A DNA stretch of 64,000 nt, from contig OZ024740.1 of assembly GCA_964016885.1 (NCBI GenBank), forward strand, positions 20,460,001 to 20,524,000, read 5' to 3'. The notes beneath the pieces are model-generated. The model was given only the letters and a program-made list of their open reading frames with translations, ran no database searches and was not told the DNA's origin. Made by a program: the position numbers and the translations under genes. This DNA is from Eledone cirrhosa (taxonomy: Eukaryota). The first letter of the stretch is position 1; each line of letters begins with the position of its first letter. This document shows positions 13,243 to 26,331 of the stretch, one piece after another.

Positions 13243-13597
13243 CCACACATTTGGCCCATCAGTATATACTGTTTATTACATAACATATATTAATAATCAT
13301 TAGGAAAAAAAACTGAGAGAATGCAGTTTAGTCTTTTAAAACAAATGAAATATATTCAGAAAGAATTATATAAATCATACGCAGTTTTGATAGTAAAAGA
13401 AATAGTACCATTAAAAGATTAATATATGCCATTGCTAAAATGTATTTCCTTTTTAACAGATGACAATAGATAAGCTAACAGACTAATCTATAGGTTGTTT
13501 ATCAATCTTATTGGAATTTTGTGTCACCCCCTGCTAACCTTCACTTTACAAAAGTTATCAAATGACAAAAGGAAAATCTAGTATTGTAAAGTGTAGA

Positions 13598-13875
13598 CTG
13601 TGATCAACAAGATCTATATGTCACCAAGTCACTTACTATAAGTAATCAACAAGATCTATATGTCCCCAAGCCGCGATGTGATCAAGATTTATATGTCACT
13701 GAGCCACGATGTGATCAACATTTATATGTCACAGCCACAACGTGATCAAGATTTATATCACTGAGCCATGGCGTGATCCAGATTTATGTCACTGAGCCAC
13801 GATGTGATCCAGATTTATGTCACTGAGCCACGACGGGATCAAGATTTATGTCACTGAGCCACGATATAATCAAAA
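13598..13875. repeat. ~30-33-bp tandem repeat (GTGATCAAGATTTATATGTCACTGAGCCACGAT)
   Basis: About 8 diverged copies. Confidence 0.85.
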
Positions 13876-14385
13876 GTAATTATGTTACTAAACCACCAAT
13901 AAAACATTTTGGATAAAGTACATGAAAGCACTGATGCTATGTTTTTAGGTTTATTATTTTTTTCCAAAAAAACTTTTCAAGTCGAACTTGGGGTGTGTCA
14001 TCTCTGAGGGTGGAGTATTCTAGACATCTGAATGTTGCATCTCATAGTCTACACCCTAGGAGTGATGGCTGTCATTTGTTCAATAGTTTTGAAGAGAAAT
14101 GTGTTTTGAAGTTTTTAAGACACATTTTATCATCAAAGTTTTTAAGACATTTTATTCATCAAACCGAAATCCAGGGCCTTCTCCTGTTGGAGGAACCTCT
14201 CCCTGGTTTGACCTCTATTGTTTCTTATCTCTGGTCATGTGGGGGTTGAGGTGTCAGATCATTGCACATTTGCCATAAAAATAAATGGAAAATAATATTT
14301 AGGGTTTTTTTATGATCTTATTGTTGTTTTGTACTGTTAATACTTTTAATTCTATTCTCTTTTCCTTTTATCTTGTTTTTTCCAG

Positions 14386-14499
14386 GGACGTATGTGTTCG
14401 GCCCATGACATCTTGGAAGAGAAAGGACTTGCAAAAGTAGCTCTGACAGTCTCATCTCTGGTGGCGTCCACCGGTAATACCAAACAGGCTATAGTATGA
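14386..14499 (+). CDS. LRCH: Probable terminal coding exon of an LRCH-family gene (end of calponin-homology domain)
   Basis: Long polypyrimidine tract + TTCCAG acceptor, then phase-0 GRMCSAHDILEEKGLAKVALTVSSLVASTGNTKQAIV*. Resembles the vertebrate LRCH2-type C-terminus (ERLCLPHHILEERGLVKVGVTVQALL..., recalled from memory). Upstream exons not found in window. Confidence 0.72.
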   Translation, partial: GRMCSAHDILEEKGLAKVALTVSSLVASTGNTKQAIV

Positions 14500-14617
14500 C
14501 GAGTTGACCAGTTGTTAGGAGAAATATTCTCTTTCTTACTTATAATGCTACTGTTATTCACGGCCTCTGAACATATGGGCTTACCTGTTTACTCCTACTG
14601 GGACTAGTGACCACCTT

Positions 14618-14729
14618 CATATATATATATATTATGTATATATTTTTATGCATTATATATATATATGCATACATATACGTGTGTATATATATATATATAT
14701 ATATATGCATACATATACATGTGTGTATG

Positions 14730-14769
<40 letters not shown>

Positions 14770-14975
14770 GTATGTATATATTTTTATGCATATATATAAA
14801 TATGTGCATACATATACATGTGTGTATGTATATATATATTATGTATGTATATATATATTATGTATATATATATATGCATACATATACATGTGTATATATA
14901 TTTATACATGTATGTTTTTATGTATATACATACACATACATGTGTGCATATATATATGTATGTATACATACATAT
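14618..14975. repeat. Compound (TA)n/(TATG)n microsatellite
   Basis: Direct reading. Confidence 0.95.
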
Positions 14976-15382
14976 TCTCAATAAGTGACACAACTCCCCC
15001 TCCCCTCTGTGGATCCACTACCTGTCTAAATCTATAAAGGTAAGAGATCCTGTCCCCACCTCATTTAACAGTAAGTCTCACCTGTCTTGGCATTTATAAC
15101 ACTAGGTGTCCTCTCTCTTTCTCTCTCTTTCTCTATTCACCCAACAGTCTCACCTGTTTACAAATCATGCCAGGTGTGGTAGAGGTGGTTCTATCAAGCT
15201 CCTCACTACTCAAAAATTCTCACCCATCATTTACATATTTTAAAAAAAAAACAGTTTATAATATTTTACATTTTATTTTTTATTTTGTTTCATTTCATTT
15301 TGTTTTATTTTTATTTCTATTTTATTTTTGTTTTAATTTAAATGTTTATAAATGTTTTCTATCAATCGGTAGAAGATAATTT

Positions 15383-15708
15383 TATCAGTTGATCTGTTTG
15401 TAAATTGAGCCAGAGTCAAGATCAATTTGTAAATTGAGCCAAATATTGTGAATCAGTTTGTAAGTTGAGCCAGAGACTATATCAGTTTGTAAATTGAGCC
15501 AAAGATTGTGGATCAGTTTGTAAGTTGAGCCAGCAACTGTAGATCAGTTTCTGAGCAATACATAGTGTGGATCAGTTTGTAAATTGATCCAGTGACTGTG
15601 GATCGGTTTGTAAATTGAGCCAGAAATTGTGGATCAGTTTGTAAATTGAGCCAGCAACTGTAAATCAGTTTGTCAATTAAGCTAGATACTGTAGATGAGT
15701 TTGTAAAC
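15383..15708. repeat. ~30-31-bp tandem repeat (GATCAGTTTGTAAATTGAGCCAG...)
   Basis: About 10 diverged copies. Confidence 0.88.
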
Positions 15709-16089
15709 AATAAATAGACTTAAATCGTTGATTGAGCTACACAAAAGACTAAAGTCAGTTTTCATTCAACACTACAGTGAATATTATTATTATTATTAGA
15801 GGGATAGCGATAAGTTGACTTTGCTTTTTATCTCTTTGGGGGGACCCTAAAGCATCTCTAATATACTGGGTGATATTTAATCAATTATATCTTTCACCTA
15901 CAAATGTGTGGCCTTATGTCATGTTAGAAATTATTATTCTTAATGAGTATTAGGAAGGGCATCCAGCTGTAGAAAACCCGCCAGATAGTCCTATGCGAGC
16001 AAGATAATCACTCTTGCCTCAAGTGGGAAAACCCCCGTCCAAACCCATGCAAGCGTGGAACACGGACGTTAAACGATGATGATGATGAG

Positions 16090-16735
16090 TGATAGAATGG
16101 CTAAAATTGGTAGGTTATGCATTGCAGTATAAAGTCATATTCCTTTATTTTCTGAGTTCAAATGCTAATGTAGTTGGTTCATTTTGACTTTCAGCCATGC
16201 ATGGTTGATCAAATAATAGTGTTTATCTCAATCAACTGTACCTTTACCTTGAATATTTGTGGTATTGTGTGCCACCTTACTACTACTACTAGGGTGGTGC
16301 AATGGCAGAACTATTAGAGTGTCAAACAAAATGATTTGCTGTAGTTATGGCTCTTTACCTTCTGAGTTCAAATCCTGCAGAGGTTAACTTTGCTTTTCAT
16401 TTTTCCAGATTTGATCAAATATATGTATTAGTCAATTACCGGAGTCAATATAATCTACTCTCTCAGATTTTAAGCCTTGTACCTATGTTAGAAACAGTTA
16501 CGAGGGGCTATGGATTGGTGGTAGAATCGGTAGACAATCGGTCAACATGTTTTGCGGCTTATAGTTATGTCGCTTTACATTCTGAGTTCAAATCATGCCA
16601 AGGTTAGATTTATCTTTCATCCTTACAGGGTTGAAAAATAAAGTACCAGTAACACCCTGGGGTCAATTTAATCGACTTTCTCCTTCTTCCCTTCAAATTG
16701 CTGGCCTTTTATCCAATGTAGAAAATATTATTATT
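16090..16735 (+). mobile_element. Three consecutive tRNA-derived SINE copies (~16090-16270, 16292-16500, 16503-16735)
   Basis: Each has CTGAGTTCAAAT followed by a ..CTTTCA.. block. The latter two have recognisable A-box heads and 3' TGTTAGAAA/TGTAGAAA ends. Confidence 0.75.
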
Positions 16736-16964
16736 TACAGACAACAACAAGATATAATTTCATAATCAGTCAATTCTTAATTATGGTTTTTACTGTTGGT
16801 TCAATTTTTTTTTTAGTTTTTCTTTATTTGTTCTGTTCCCTTTAAGTTTTCTTTTTCTTTTTTTTTTGTTTTCTTTTGTTTTGTTTTCTTCTTCTCACCA
16901 TTACATTACCATTATGGCAATTTTCCTTATCTAATAGAGAGAAAAAAACCCTACCCAAGCACAG

Positions 16965-17420
16965 TTAAAATGTAAGTCTGTGTTTAGCCTTGAGGCACAT
17001 CAGGCTGGAGCTTACTCTAGGTTCATGAAATATTAAACAACTGACAGTACAAGACACCAGTCAGTTGTACAAGACACCAGTCAGTTGTACAAGACACCAG
17101 TCAGTTGTACAAGACACCAGTCAGTTGTACAAGACACCAGTCAGTTGTACAAGACACCAGTCAGTTGTACAAGACACCAGTCAGTTGTACAAGACACCAG
17201 TCAGTTGTACAAGACACCAGTCAGTTGTACAAGACACCAGTCAGTTGTACAAGACACCAGTTACAGTTGGTACTTTCTTCAGCTGAGCACACTGTAGCAA
17301 CATAAAACAAAGTGCCTTGCACAACGATACAATGCATTGTCTGGTACAGGAATTGAACCCCTGGCTTTTATGATAATGAACCAACACTGTAACCACTTAG
17401 CCACTTAACCATGTGCCATC
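16965..17420 (-). mobile_element. tRNA-derived SINE with an internal 20-bp tandem array
   Basis: rc head GTGGCTAAGTGGTTA...GGGGTTCAATTCCTG...GTGCAAGGCACTT. Array lies at 17047-17261. Confidence 0.65.
17047..17261. repeat. Perfect 20-bp tandem repeat (GTACAAGACACCAGTCAGTT), ~10.7 copies
   Basis: Direct reading. Confidence 0.97.
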
Positions 17421-18193
17421 ACAACAAAACACAAGACTGAAATAAAAGTTGTCTTGGTAACGGGTTTATTTTTTATTTATTATTAAGGAAATAGAGAGAA
17501 AGAAAGAAAGAAATAAGGAAAGAAAATGTTGAACTACCGAGATGAAAGTCTCGGTGTTTAGGTTATTCTTCTATCAACTGGGAACGAAAATGTAATAAAG
17601 ATAAAGAGAAGGAAATGGTAAATATACATCTTCTCAAATTAAGAATATTTGGTGATATTCTTTCGGTAACCAGAATCTTTGAGGAGATTAATACTGGTTT
17701 AAAGAATATATGTATAAAGGGCTCTGTGTTAGGGGTTTCTGTGAGAAGAGGCAAACAAAAAAAGTCCTTAATATTTTTAAGTAATGGAATGATGTCTTTG
17801 ATGAGAGAAATAAAAGACAAACCAGTCTTCCATTAATAATGTAAGATTTTTTTTTTGTCTCTCTTTTACACACTATATACTACTAACATATACCTTATTT
17901 TTGACACATTTGTTGAAAAAACGGTAAAGTGGCAGACTAAATGTCTGTCTTAATAATAATAATAATAATAATAATCTTTTGTGGAGGACAACTCAACAAT
18001 TCTTCCAACAATACTTTTATTTTCTGTTGAACCATAATTATTTTTGTTGTTGCTGGCCAACCAATCGGTTACATTATATATATATATATATATATATAAT
18101 GTATATGTATATATATAATGTATATGTATATATATAATGTATATGTATATATATAATGTATATGTATATATATAATGTATATGTATATATATA

Positions 18194-18227
<34 letters not shown>

Positions 18228-18266
18228 ATATTTGTGTTTGTATGAGTGTGTGTATGAATGAAGGTG

Positions 18267-18312
<46 letters not shown>

Positions 18313-18507
18313 AATGTGTGCATGTATTTCTATTAGCCAAGCTACAACAGTCACTCGAGGGCCTGTATGTTTTTGCCTATGTATTTATGAAACCTTAAGT
18401 ATATTGGTACCAGACTCCATGTCTTTCAGTGACTCTAGCTTCTCAGCTCATAGAAATCTACTTCATGCATTCTATTTCTTTTGTTTGTAAAACTAAAATC
18501 AAATGCA

Positions 18508-18599
<92 letters not shown>

Positions 18600-18793
18600 A
18601 AATGAAGAAAGTGTGGTAAGGAACCAGGTGGACCATAACGCACCAGAGTACTCGATACTTTGGGTAGTAGAGTGGGTAATAGGAATAGAGTCAGGACCCT
18701 GATGGCAGAGCTCAAGCCATTTCGACGGCTATTTCTGGACTGAAATAGCCGTTGAAACAGCTTAAGCTCTGCCGTCAGGGTCCTGACTATTTT

Positions 18794-18798
<5 letters not shown>
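18600..18798. mobile_element. Fold-back PLE-derived short element (family also at 31388-31517, 38310-38504, 42585-42779)
   Basis: Shared GGTAAGGAACCAGGTGGACCATAACGCACCA block and a ~115-bp palindrome. Flanked by TA/CA microsatellite. Confidence 0.8.
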
Positions 18799-18831
<33 letters not shown>

Positions 18832-18845
18832 ACATATCAAATCAT

Positions 18846-18910
18846 ATATTTTGTCTGATGAAAACGTACTTAAACACCATAGTACCTTTGAAATATGTAT
18901 AATAAAATAT
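18846..18910 (+). ncRNA. Minimal type-I hammerhead ribozyme
   Basis: ATATTTTGT-CTGATGA-stem II (GTACT..AGTAC)-GAA-ATATGTAT-A-ATAAAATAT. Confidence 0.65.
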
Positions 18911-19084
18911 TTTTCATTTGTTAACATTTTGAATAATATATATATATATATAAATATATATATATATGATGATGATATATGATGGCTGCAAACTCTGCTT
19001 AGAGTACTACAATCACTTGTCAGATTTAGATGTGTGATGCTCTGATATGGTTTTTCAAGCCTGCTAGAGATTTCCACTCCTTCG

Positions 19085-19248
19085 CACATCATCGACAACT
19101 ACGGATCTCCCTGGCCTCAGGTTTTGCATCAGGTTGCCTGTGAACCTTCACAATACCGTGGAGATCATAGTTCACTGGTTCTCTTTGAACATGGCTGCGA
19201 CTGTGGCTCCTGAGACCAGATTTGCTCAAGCAAATCTTTCCACAGACA
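19085..19248 (-). mobile_element. RTE LINE extreme 3' fragment (C-terminal zinc-finger-like motif)
   Basis: CGKICLSKSGLRSHSRSH, matching the C-terminal motif typical of RTE ORFs. Confidence 0.6.
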
Positions 19249-20187
19249 TATATATATATGTGTGTATGTATATATTTATATATGTATATATTTGTATGTG
19301 TATATGTATATATATACATGTATGTATGTATATATTTGTATATGTATTTATATGTATGTGTATATATAAAGTTTCTCATGATAAGACAGCTTACTATGTT
19401 GGACATTAAGAGTGATTTACTTAACTGTGCTAAGCTACTAAGTCCATTGTATTGTGATTACCACAATGATGTATCTGTTAAATAACTGTTTAGTAGGCAG
19501 ATAAGACATTTGTACTTTTAACTCTATTGTAAAAACGGCAAAGTCCTGGCATTGTATCTTCAGTTCTTGCTCGGGATTCAATTAAGATTTTATTTTGGGC
19601 CATAATGTTTACAACTGTGTACTGATTAATATTTAAATAAATATACATGCACACACACACACACTCTCTCTATATATATATATATTTGATATGTTTTGAT
19701 TCATTATTTGTATATATATATATATAAATGTATATATATATCCGTCTAACCCATGCTAGCATGGAAGATAGACGTTAAACGATGATTATATATATATATA
19801 TGGTACAGAAAAATAATCATACATTCATCTTTTGGGAACAGAATAATGCTGGCTCTTAAACATGAAATTTTCGCATCACTCCAATATTTTCAAACAACAA
19901 AATACAAGTGGGTCTTCTGGGTGAAAATAACAGAAAAAAAAAAAAAAAATTGAATATAAAAAAGATGCTGATAAATGAAATAATAAAAATACTAAATAAA
20001 TTAAGTGCTGTAATTAATATACGTAAACATTGTTTTCCAAGTGCAATATATTTTTCTATAGCTGTGGTCTTTTTTTTTTAATATGGAAAGATATATGAAT
20101 ATATGTGTATGCATGTACATAATGCTTGTTTGTGCATAAAAGTGGTGTGTGCATGTGTTTATATGTGTGTTTATATGTGTGTTTATA

Positions 20188-20230
<43 letters not shown>

Positions 20231-20615
20231 GTTTGTGTGTGTGTATGTATTCATTCTTCAAAATGGAAAAAAAAAAAAACCAATAGCTAGTTGGGGATAT
20301 ATTTGTAGGTATTGAAACCTCCATAATGGTATACAAGTACCCAAGAAATTTTAGGAAGTTTTGTAGTTCTTTTATTGTGCTGCCAATGGGAGTGGACTTG
20401 CACAAGTTTTGTTTGATCCAAAGTTCTGTCTGTTCTTTGAGGTTCTCAGATGGGAAATAGTTAGGGTTCACTTGAGTATCACTTTTATACTCTCTTAATT
20501 GAAATATATTCTGTTGTATAACTGAACATCTAAAATCATGACTGAGTAATTAAGAAGTTTATTTTGCTATCATGGAGTTCCAGGTTTGATTCCACTGTAC
20601 ATCATTTAATGTTGT

Positions 20616-20714
20616 TTAATCTTTAACATGCTGTCAGTGACAATAGAGTAATCTCCCCTTAATACAGTGTCAAGGGAAGCAATTCATAAAAAGATTCAGC
20701 ATGTTAAAGGTTAA
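20616..20714. mobile_element. TTAA-flanked MITE nested in an old SINE (~20535-20770)
   Basis: TTAA-TCTTTAACATGCTG ... CAGCATGTTAAAGG-TTAA inverted ends (piggyBac-like). Confidence 0.6.
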
Positions 20715-22598
20715 CAAACATAGCCTTGGGTTGATCCAAGCCTTGTCAGTGAAATTGAGTAGACTGTGCCCTTATTTTAAAGGTCCAGGCTTCTCACATA
20801 TTCTGTCTGAGGATTATGTTCAGCCTTTCATTACCGTATTTCTAACTAAATACTTTGTATTTTAATTAGTTAATGAAGGATTTTATAATTTCATTAAGAT
20901 GGTATTTATAACGGTACTCCAAGGGTGGTGGACTGAAGTGTAGTACCAGGGTGGTGTATTGAAGGATTGACTAAAGGTGAACGATAGACCAAGGGTGGAG
21001 TATTGAAGGAATTGTTAAATAGTAGGGGTAAGATGTCATGCAGTATTTCTCACCTAAAACTATGTTATTGTGAAGCAATCTTCTTGACAACACACACAAG
21101 TTCTCAATATGTCGCTCTTTGCATTCTCAGTTCAAACCACCCAGTTTCACACAACCATTTGGCCTTTGACTGCCTTTAGTAGAGTTTACTCTGTTGCAAG
21201 CATTTAGGTTTGAGGATAACTTCCTCTCTCCCTCCCACTAGTCTTATAGGTCCTGAAATCGGTAATGGGTACCATACTTTTCTCCTTGGGTGGAAGTAGT
21301 GTCAGTGATGGTAGTGGAGAAAGCATTGAAATAAATACAATGGACGTTTTTGAGACCATTTTTCTTTTTTTGCCAGCAGGGCTTAGTTTACGGGACCTCA
21401 TATGAGGTTTTATTCCTAACATGAGGATTTTTTGAGGTAATATTTTACAGTTGGATGCCTTTGTTAGCACTAACCATTTTATTCACTATTTATAACATGC
21501 AGGGCTATAGTGTACCTATTCTAAATACAATATAAAAAATAATAAATAAAATGTTTGAAATGAAAAATATGGAATTTTTTTTATATAAGAACTTTTTTCA
21601 AAAGAGAGAAACCCCGATTATATAACACACCTCAAAAAGTTGCTAATCCTTTAAATATTTTTTGAGGTTTGGTAGTTAGTGGAGCTGAAGTTTGGGGGTA
21701 AAAACCTTCCCTTTTTTATGTGATAATTGAAGTTTTATGTCTAGTGCCTTGTTTTGGTTGGCAGCTGTAGTGTTGTTGTCGTTGTTACTGCTGTTTTTTG
21801 GTCTGGTGTTCAAGTGTTTATTAAACTGACATCATACAGATTTTTACTGCCACAACTAAGACAATTTCATATTATATTCTAGAATATGCTATAGCCTGAC
21901 ATTAGATGTGGTGGGTTCCTTGTGGGTTGGTTTCCCTTAACTGGTCCTTGATTGATTTTAGCAGAATTCACACTGTTGCAAGCATTTGATCCAGCTCTAA
22001 GGTTTTAAATAACTTCTTTTCTTTCTCTCACTAATCTTAGAGGCCCTGAAAAATAAAGGACCATAGGTGTGGTCTTCCCTCCTTCACTAACCCATATATA
22101 TATATATATATTTAGTTAGGTGTATAACAACAGTTATGCATCTAACTAAGTACTCAATACTGTTACGAGGTCCGTTTCATTTGTGTTGTATTCCAATGTT
22201 ACAGCTGTAGTGTACAGAGTGTAGAATAGATTTTAAAGGGTCAAAGTCAATGTTGCAGCAAATGTGCAAACTTTATTTGTATATTACAATTGTTTCAATA
22301 TTGATCAGTTCACAGTACAATCAAGGTAACAGAACTCAACTCTTTTTCAACATCCCATCAGATATGCGAGCTTATATGTGCAAAGACATCTAAACTCATA
22401 TATATATAATCATAATCATCATCATTTAACGTCCATTTTTCCACACTTACATGGGTTAGACAGGTTGTCACGTTACTAATAAGGATCTGTATTTTCCTTT
22501 GGTTTCTATGGCTGGATGCTCTTCCTAATGGCAACCACATTACAGCATGGACTGAATACTTATTATCATAGCACCAATATATATAGGTCCTTGTAAGG

Positions 22599-23722
22599 TC
22601 CTTGTAAGTAGACGAGAAAACAGAACCCAGATCCCCTCAGGGAAATTGCCTTGCTCAGTATGTAGGAAAGGTGTAGGTAGGAACTCCATTCTCTGCCCCA
22701 AATGCAAACAATGGGTACACAAGAGATGTAGCGGGATCTCAGGAAGCTTAATTAAGAATGTAGGCTTCACATGCAGCAGCTGTGCTGGGACAGCAAGCAG
22801 CAAACAGCCACAGGAAACAAGTACCACCAATCTCTGGGAGGGCTCTGTAGAAACAGTAGACAGCTTCTGCTACCTAGGTGACCGAATTAGCAGCGGAGGT
22901 GGGTGTTCAGAAAGTACAATAACTAGGGTAAGAATGGGATGGAAGAAGTTTAGGGAACTTCTGCCACTGCTAGCTGCAAAAGGCAGACTGTATGATGCGT
23001 GTATCCGAACAGCGATGTTGCATGGTAGTGAGACCTGGGCGCTGAAGGTGGAAAACTTACGTAGATTAGAGAGAAACGAAGCCTGCATGCTCCGATGGAT
23101 GTGTAACAGTAATATACGTGAACGACAAAGCATAAATAAATTGAGAGAGAGACTGAGCATAAGAGGAATCAAATGCTGTGTGCAGGAGAGGCGGTTGCGC
23201 TGGTATGGACATGTGATGCGTATGAAGGATGACAGCTGCATAAAAAGGTGCAGAGCACTAGAAGTCGATGGGAACCGCGGAGTGGGGAGACCCAAGATGA
23301 CCTGGGATGAGGTGATAAAAGCCGACCTTGCCCAATTACACCTCTCAAAGGCGATGACACACGACCGTGACCTCTGGCGTCACGCAGTAATACAGAGTAC
23401 CCGACCTCCCATGGGTACAAGCTGAAGCATATAGACAATATGCCCCCACACCCTCCACTGCAAGGTGGTCGTGGAGGTGCCACGGCAAAAAAGCACTCGG
23501 CCCACACTGTAAAGTGGACGTGTAGGCGCCACGAAAAAGCACCCAGCACTCACTGTAAATGAGGTTGGTGTTAGGAAGGGTATCCAGCTGTAGAAATCAA
23601 GCCAAATCAGTTCCTGTATGAGCAAGGCATGGTCAGCCGACCAGACACTGCCCACAATTGGACAACCCGTCTAACCCATGCTAGCGTGGAACAACGGACG
23701 TAAAACGGTGATGATGATGATG
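22599..23722 (+). mobile_element. 5'-truncated RTE-type LINE (PHD-like finger + post-RT region) with (GAT)n tail
   Basis: ORF 22646-23425: CSVC..CPKCKQWVHKRC..CSSC, FCYLG, GSETW, RRLRWYGHVMR, GRPKMTW. 3' end GGACGTAAAACGGTGATGATGATG. Confidence 0.9.
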
Positions 23723-23830
23723 ATATATTTGCAAAAGATGTCAACATGAATGGACCTGTTATTTTTATCTAAAGACATTTTTCCCAATTCCAACCCGCCC
23801 ATCCCTCAATCTATCTTATTTCTCATTCTT

Positions 23831-23866
23831 TCTTCTGATGAAGGACTAGCATCAGAAACGTTAAGA
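23831..23866 (+). ncRNA. Minimal hammerhead ribozyme
   Basis: TCTT-CTGATGA-AGGACTAGCATCA-GAA-ACGT-T-AAGA. Confidence 0.6.
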
Positions 23867-24807
23867 CCCTCTTCCTGCTATATCCCTTCTATATACTGCA
23901 CCGATTGTGTTGTTAGCAAAGACCTGAGAGTAGATGAATTAAGTAAAAAAAAACATTTTATAAATGAGATAATATAGTAATACTTTGTATACATATTAGT
24001 AAGTATAAACCCAGATCTAGAGACATATGGGATCGTTGTCAACGTGGGAAGATGGTTGGCGGGAAGACTTTATATGAATCTCAACCACTACTTCAACAGA
24101 TTTGTAAACTCCTAGTTTCCAACCACAGCTTTTTAAACCTTTTTATCTACTATGACATTATGGATGAGGTTAGCAACCTGGCTATGTGAGTATTTAAGGT
24201 TAACAGGCTTTACTGTTTAGATATTTAAAGTGTACAACCTTTGCTGAATAAAATATCTTTATACTAAATGTTTCTCTATTTCATAATAGAGAGAGACAAT
24301 GATAATAGTAACTTGTGGAACTTCTTTTTTTATTATAACTTGGGAAGTTTGTCATAGTAGACAAAGCTATGAGCTTTGTCTCTTTTCCACACTACCATAA
24401 GTACCTCTAGACTATGTGTCAGCTTTATTAAGGACCAGCTCCAATACTCCACACCATATTAAGTACCTCTAAACTATACAATATCAGCTTTATTAAGGAC
24501 CAGCTCCAATACTTCACACTATATTAAGTACCTCTATAATGTTCTCCACTATATTAAGTAAGGATCATCTCCAGCACCTTAAACTGTATTCAGTAGGGAC
24601 CATCTTCAGTACCTCAAATCTTTTTACGTATTAGATTCATCCTTAATGTAATCACCCTTACTCATATTTATCCATCAATTCATTTTTCTCATATTTTCCA
24701 GGGACTTTGCTAATACAAAACCTTTTTTGCCTTTTGAACCATTAATACTTTTCTACTCCCTAATGACATCTGTGACCTTGCCCAACTAATGGATTGGGTG
24801 GTAGGCC

Positions 24808-25037
24808 TTAACCCTTTACCATTTACATTACTCTATATTTAGTATTGTATTTTTATGGTAAAGGCTTTATCTTACATAATTATCTCACATAATATTGAAT
24901 CTATGAGATTTCGATATTATTTATTTTGAGAATAATATCTTAATATTAATATGAGTGGCCTGTTATGACCAGTTTGAACAGAAAAAGGTGACAGAATTCT
25001 GGTCGGATATGGCCGGTTTAAATTCTACTTAGTTTAA
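24808..25037. mobile_element. Degraded piggyBac-like MITE
   Basis: Starts TTAACCCTTTACCATTT and ends in a degenerate inverted GGCCGGTTTAAATTCTACTTAGTTTAA. Confidence 0.5.
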
Positions 25038-26100
25038 TACTACCACTTAGTCCTTAGATTTCTATATCAGAAGTTATACTGTTACAAGCATTTAGGGCAG
25101 GTCTCTGGTTTGAAGATACCTTCTTTCTGCTAATGTTTGAGGCCCTGAAATGGGTCATGGGCACTAAACCTCCCCTTCTTTCTAAATAATAAAAAGTAAC
25201 CATCACTTAGTTCCTATAACAAACATTTGGACAGGCTCACTGGCTCTCCTGCTACCCATGTTTTTCTTCAGATGTTTGGGCTGGGCATCAACCACATCAG
25301 TCTGGGAAAAGGGGCTTATAAAAGGACCTATGGTCCTTGCTGCTTCTTTCCAGACTAACTTGTAAACTGTAAAATAAAATAAAATAAAATCACATCATTT
25401 CAATGTCTTCTACAAAACCCAGATTCGTACTTTTGGTGACCTGTTTTCTATTTTTTTTTTTAGTTGTATTTATTTTATTTATATTTTTTTTCAGTCTTTT
25501 CAATGTCTTAATTTCAGCCCTTAAAATAGGTCTCTGATCAATTTCATATTCAGAGGACTTATAAAATGGGAGAGTTCTTACTAAGGTGTCCTCCCTTGTA
25601 CTAGGGGTTGACTAATTCCTTACCCCTATTGGTCAGTGTACTGCTTACCTGTAAAAGTATATATTTCATCAGCAACAGCATCTAGGTGAGACATTGGTGA
25701 AACCCTTAACTGAACCTTAAAGTGACAGACTAAATCGTTAAGAAAAGGGATTTTTTTTTCTTTTGGGAGGGTGGTGTTATTTTCTGATGATGGGGGTGGG
25801 GCGCTATGTTTTTTTTTTTTTATTTTGTTTTGTTTTTTTAATTGTCGGAAATAAATTATAATTAAAAAGCGAAAACAAACAATGAATAAAAGAAACTCTT
25901 AACGACTTCAACATTTTCTGCTCCCTAATTACATCTTTCCAATTAAAACTAATTAATTCAAAAAATAAATAAATGAATACATAAAATATTCGTTTTCTTT
26001 CTTTTGTTTTAAATACATGTTGTTGTTGTTGTTGTCGTTGTCGTTGTTGTTTCAGATGTTGTTGTTGTTGTTCAGATGTTGTTTCACGTATATATACAAT

Positions 26101-26246
26101 TATTAAGGCCAGATACTTCAACGGCGCCATACCAGGTACTTACGTTTCTAATTCATTTTTATCAGCACAGTTTGAACAAGTTGGTCTTCAGGGCTAACAA
26201 AACATAGGTACCAGGTATGGTGCCATTGTTGTAACTGGCCTTAATA
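26101..26246. mobile_element. MITE with ~39-bp imperfect TIRs
   Basis: TATTAAGGCCAG..GGCGCCATACCAGGTAC versus GTACCAGGTATGGTGCC..CTGGCCTTAATA. Confidence 0.65.
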
Positions 26247-26331
26247 ATATTCAAACTCGCCCTACAGACTTGAGTTGCTCTATACCTTGTGTATTTTACC
26301 TACCTATTACTACATTACTATATCTATATAT

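Noticed and set aside
13461-13487. Acceptor-like TTTAACAG followed by a short ORF (similar cases at ~8800, ~24702, ~25272) as alternative LRCH exons
   Set aside because: No LRCH-like or TM-like peptide; such motifs are common in AT-rich DNA.
17560-17930. Possible decayed GIY-YIG on the minus strand; also LPDGLD-like PLE end at ~50960
   Set aside because: Only weak, frameshifted resemblance; not enough to annotate.
22112-22149. 17-bp-stem hairpin TTAGTTAGGTGTATAAC/GTTATGCATCTAACTAA
   Set aside because: Too short for a pre-miRNA, single copy, no further support.
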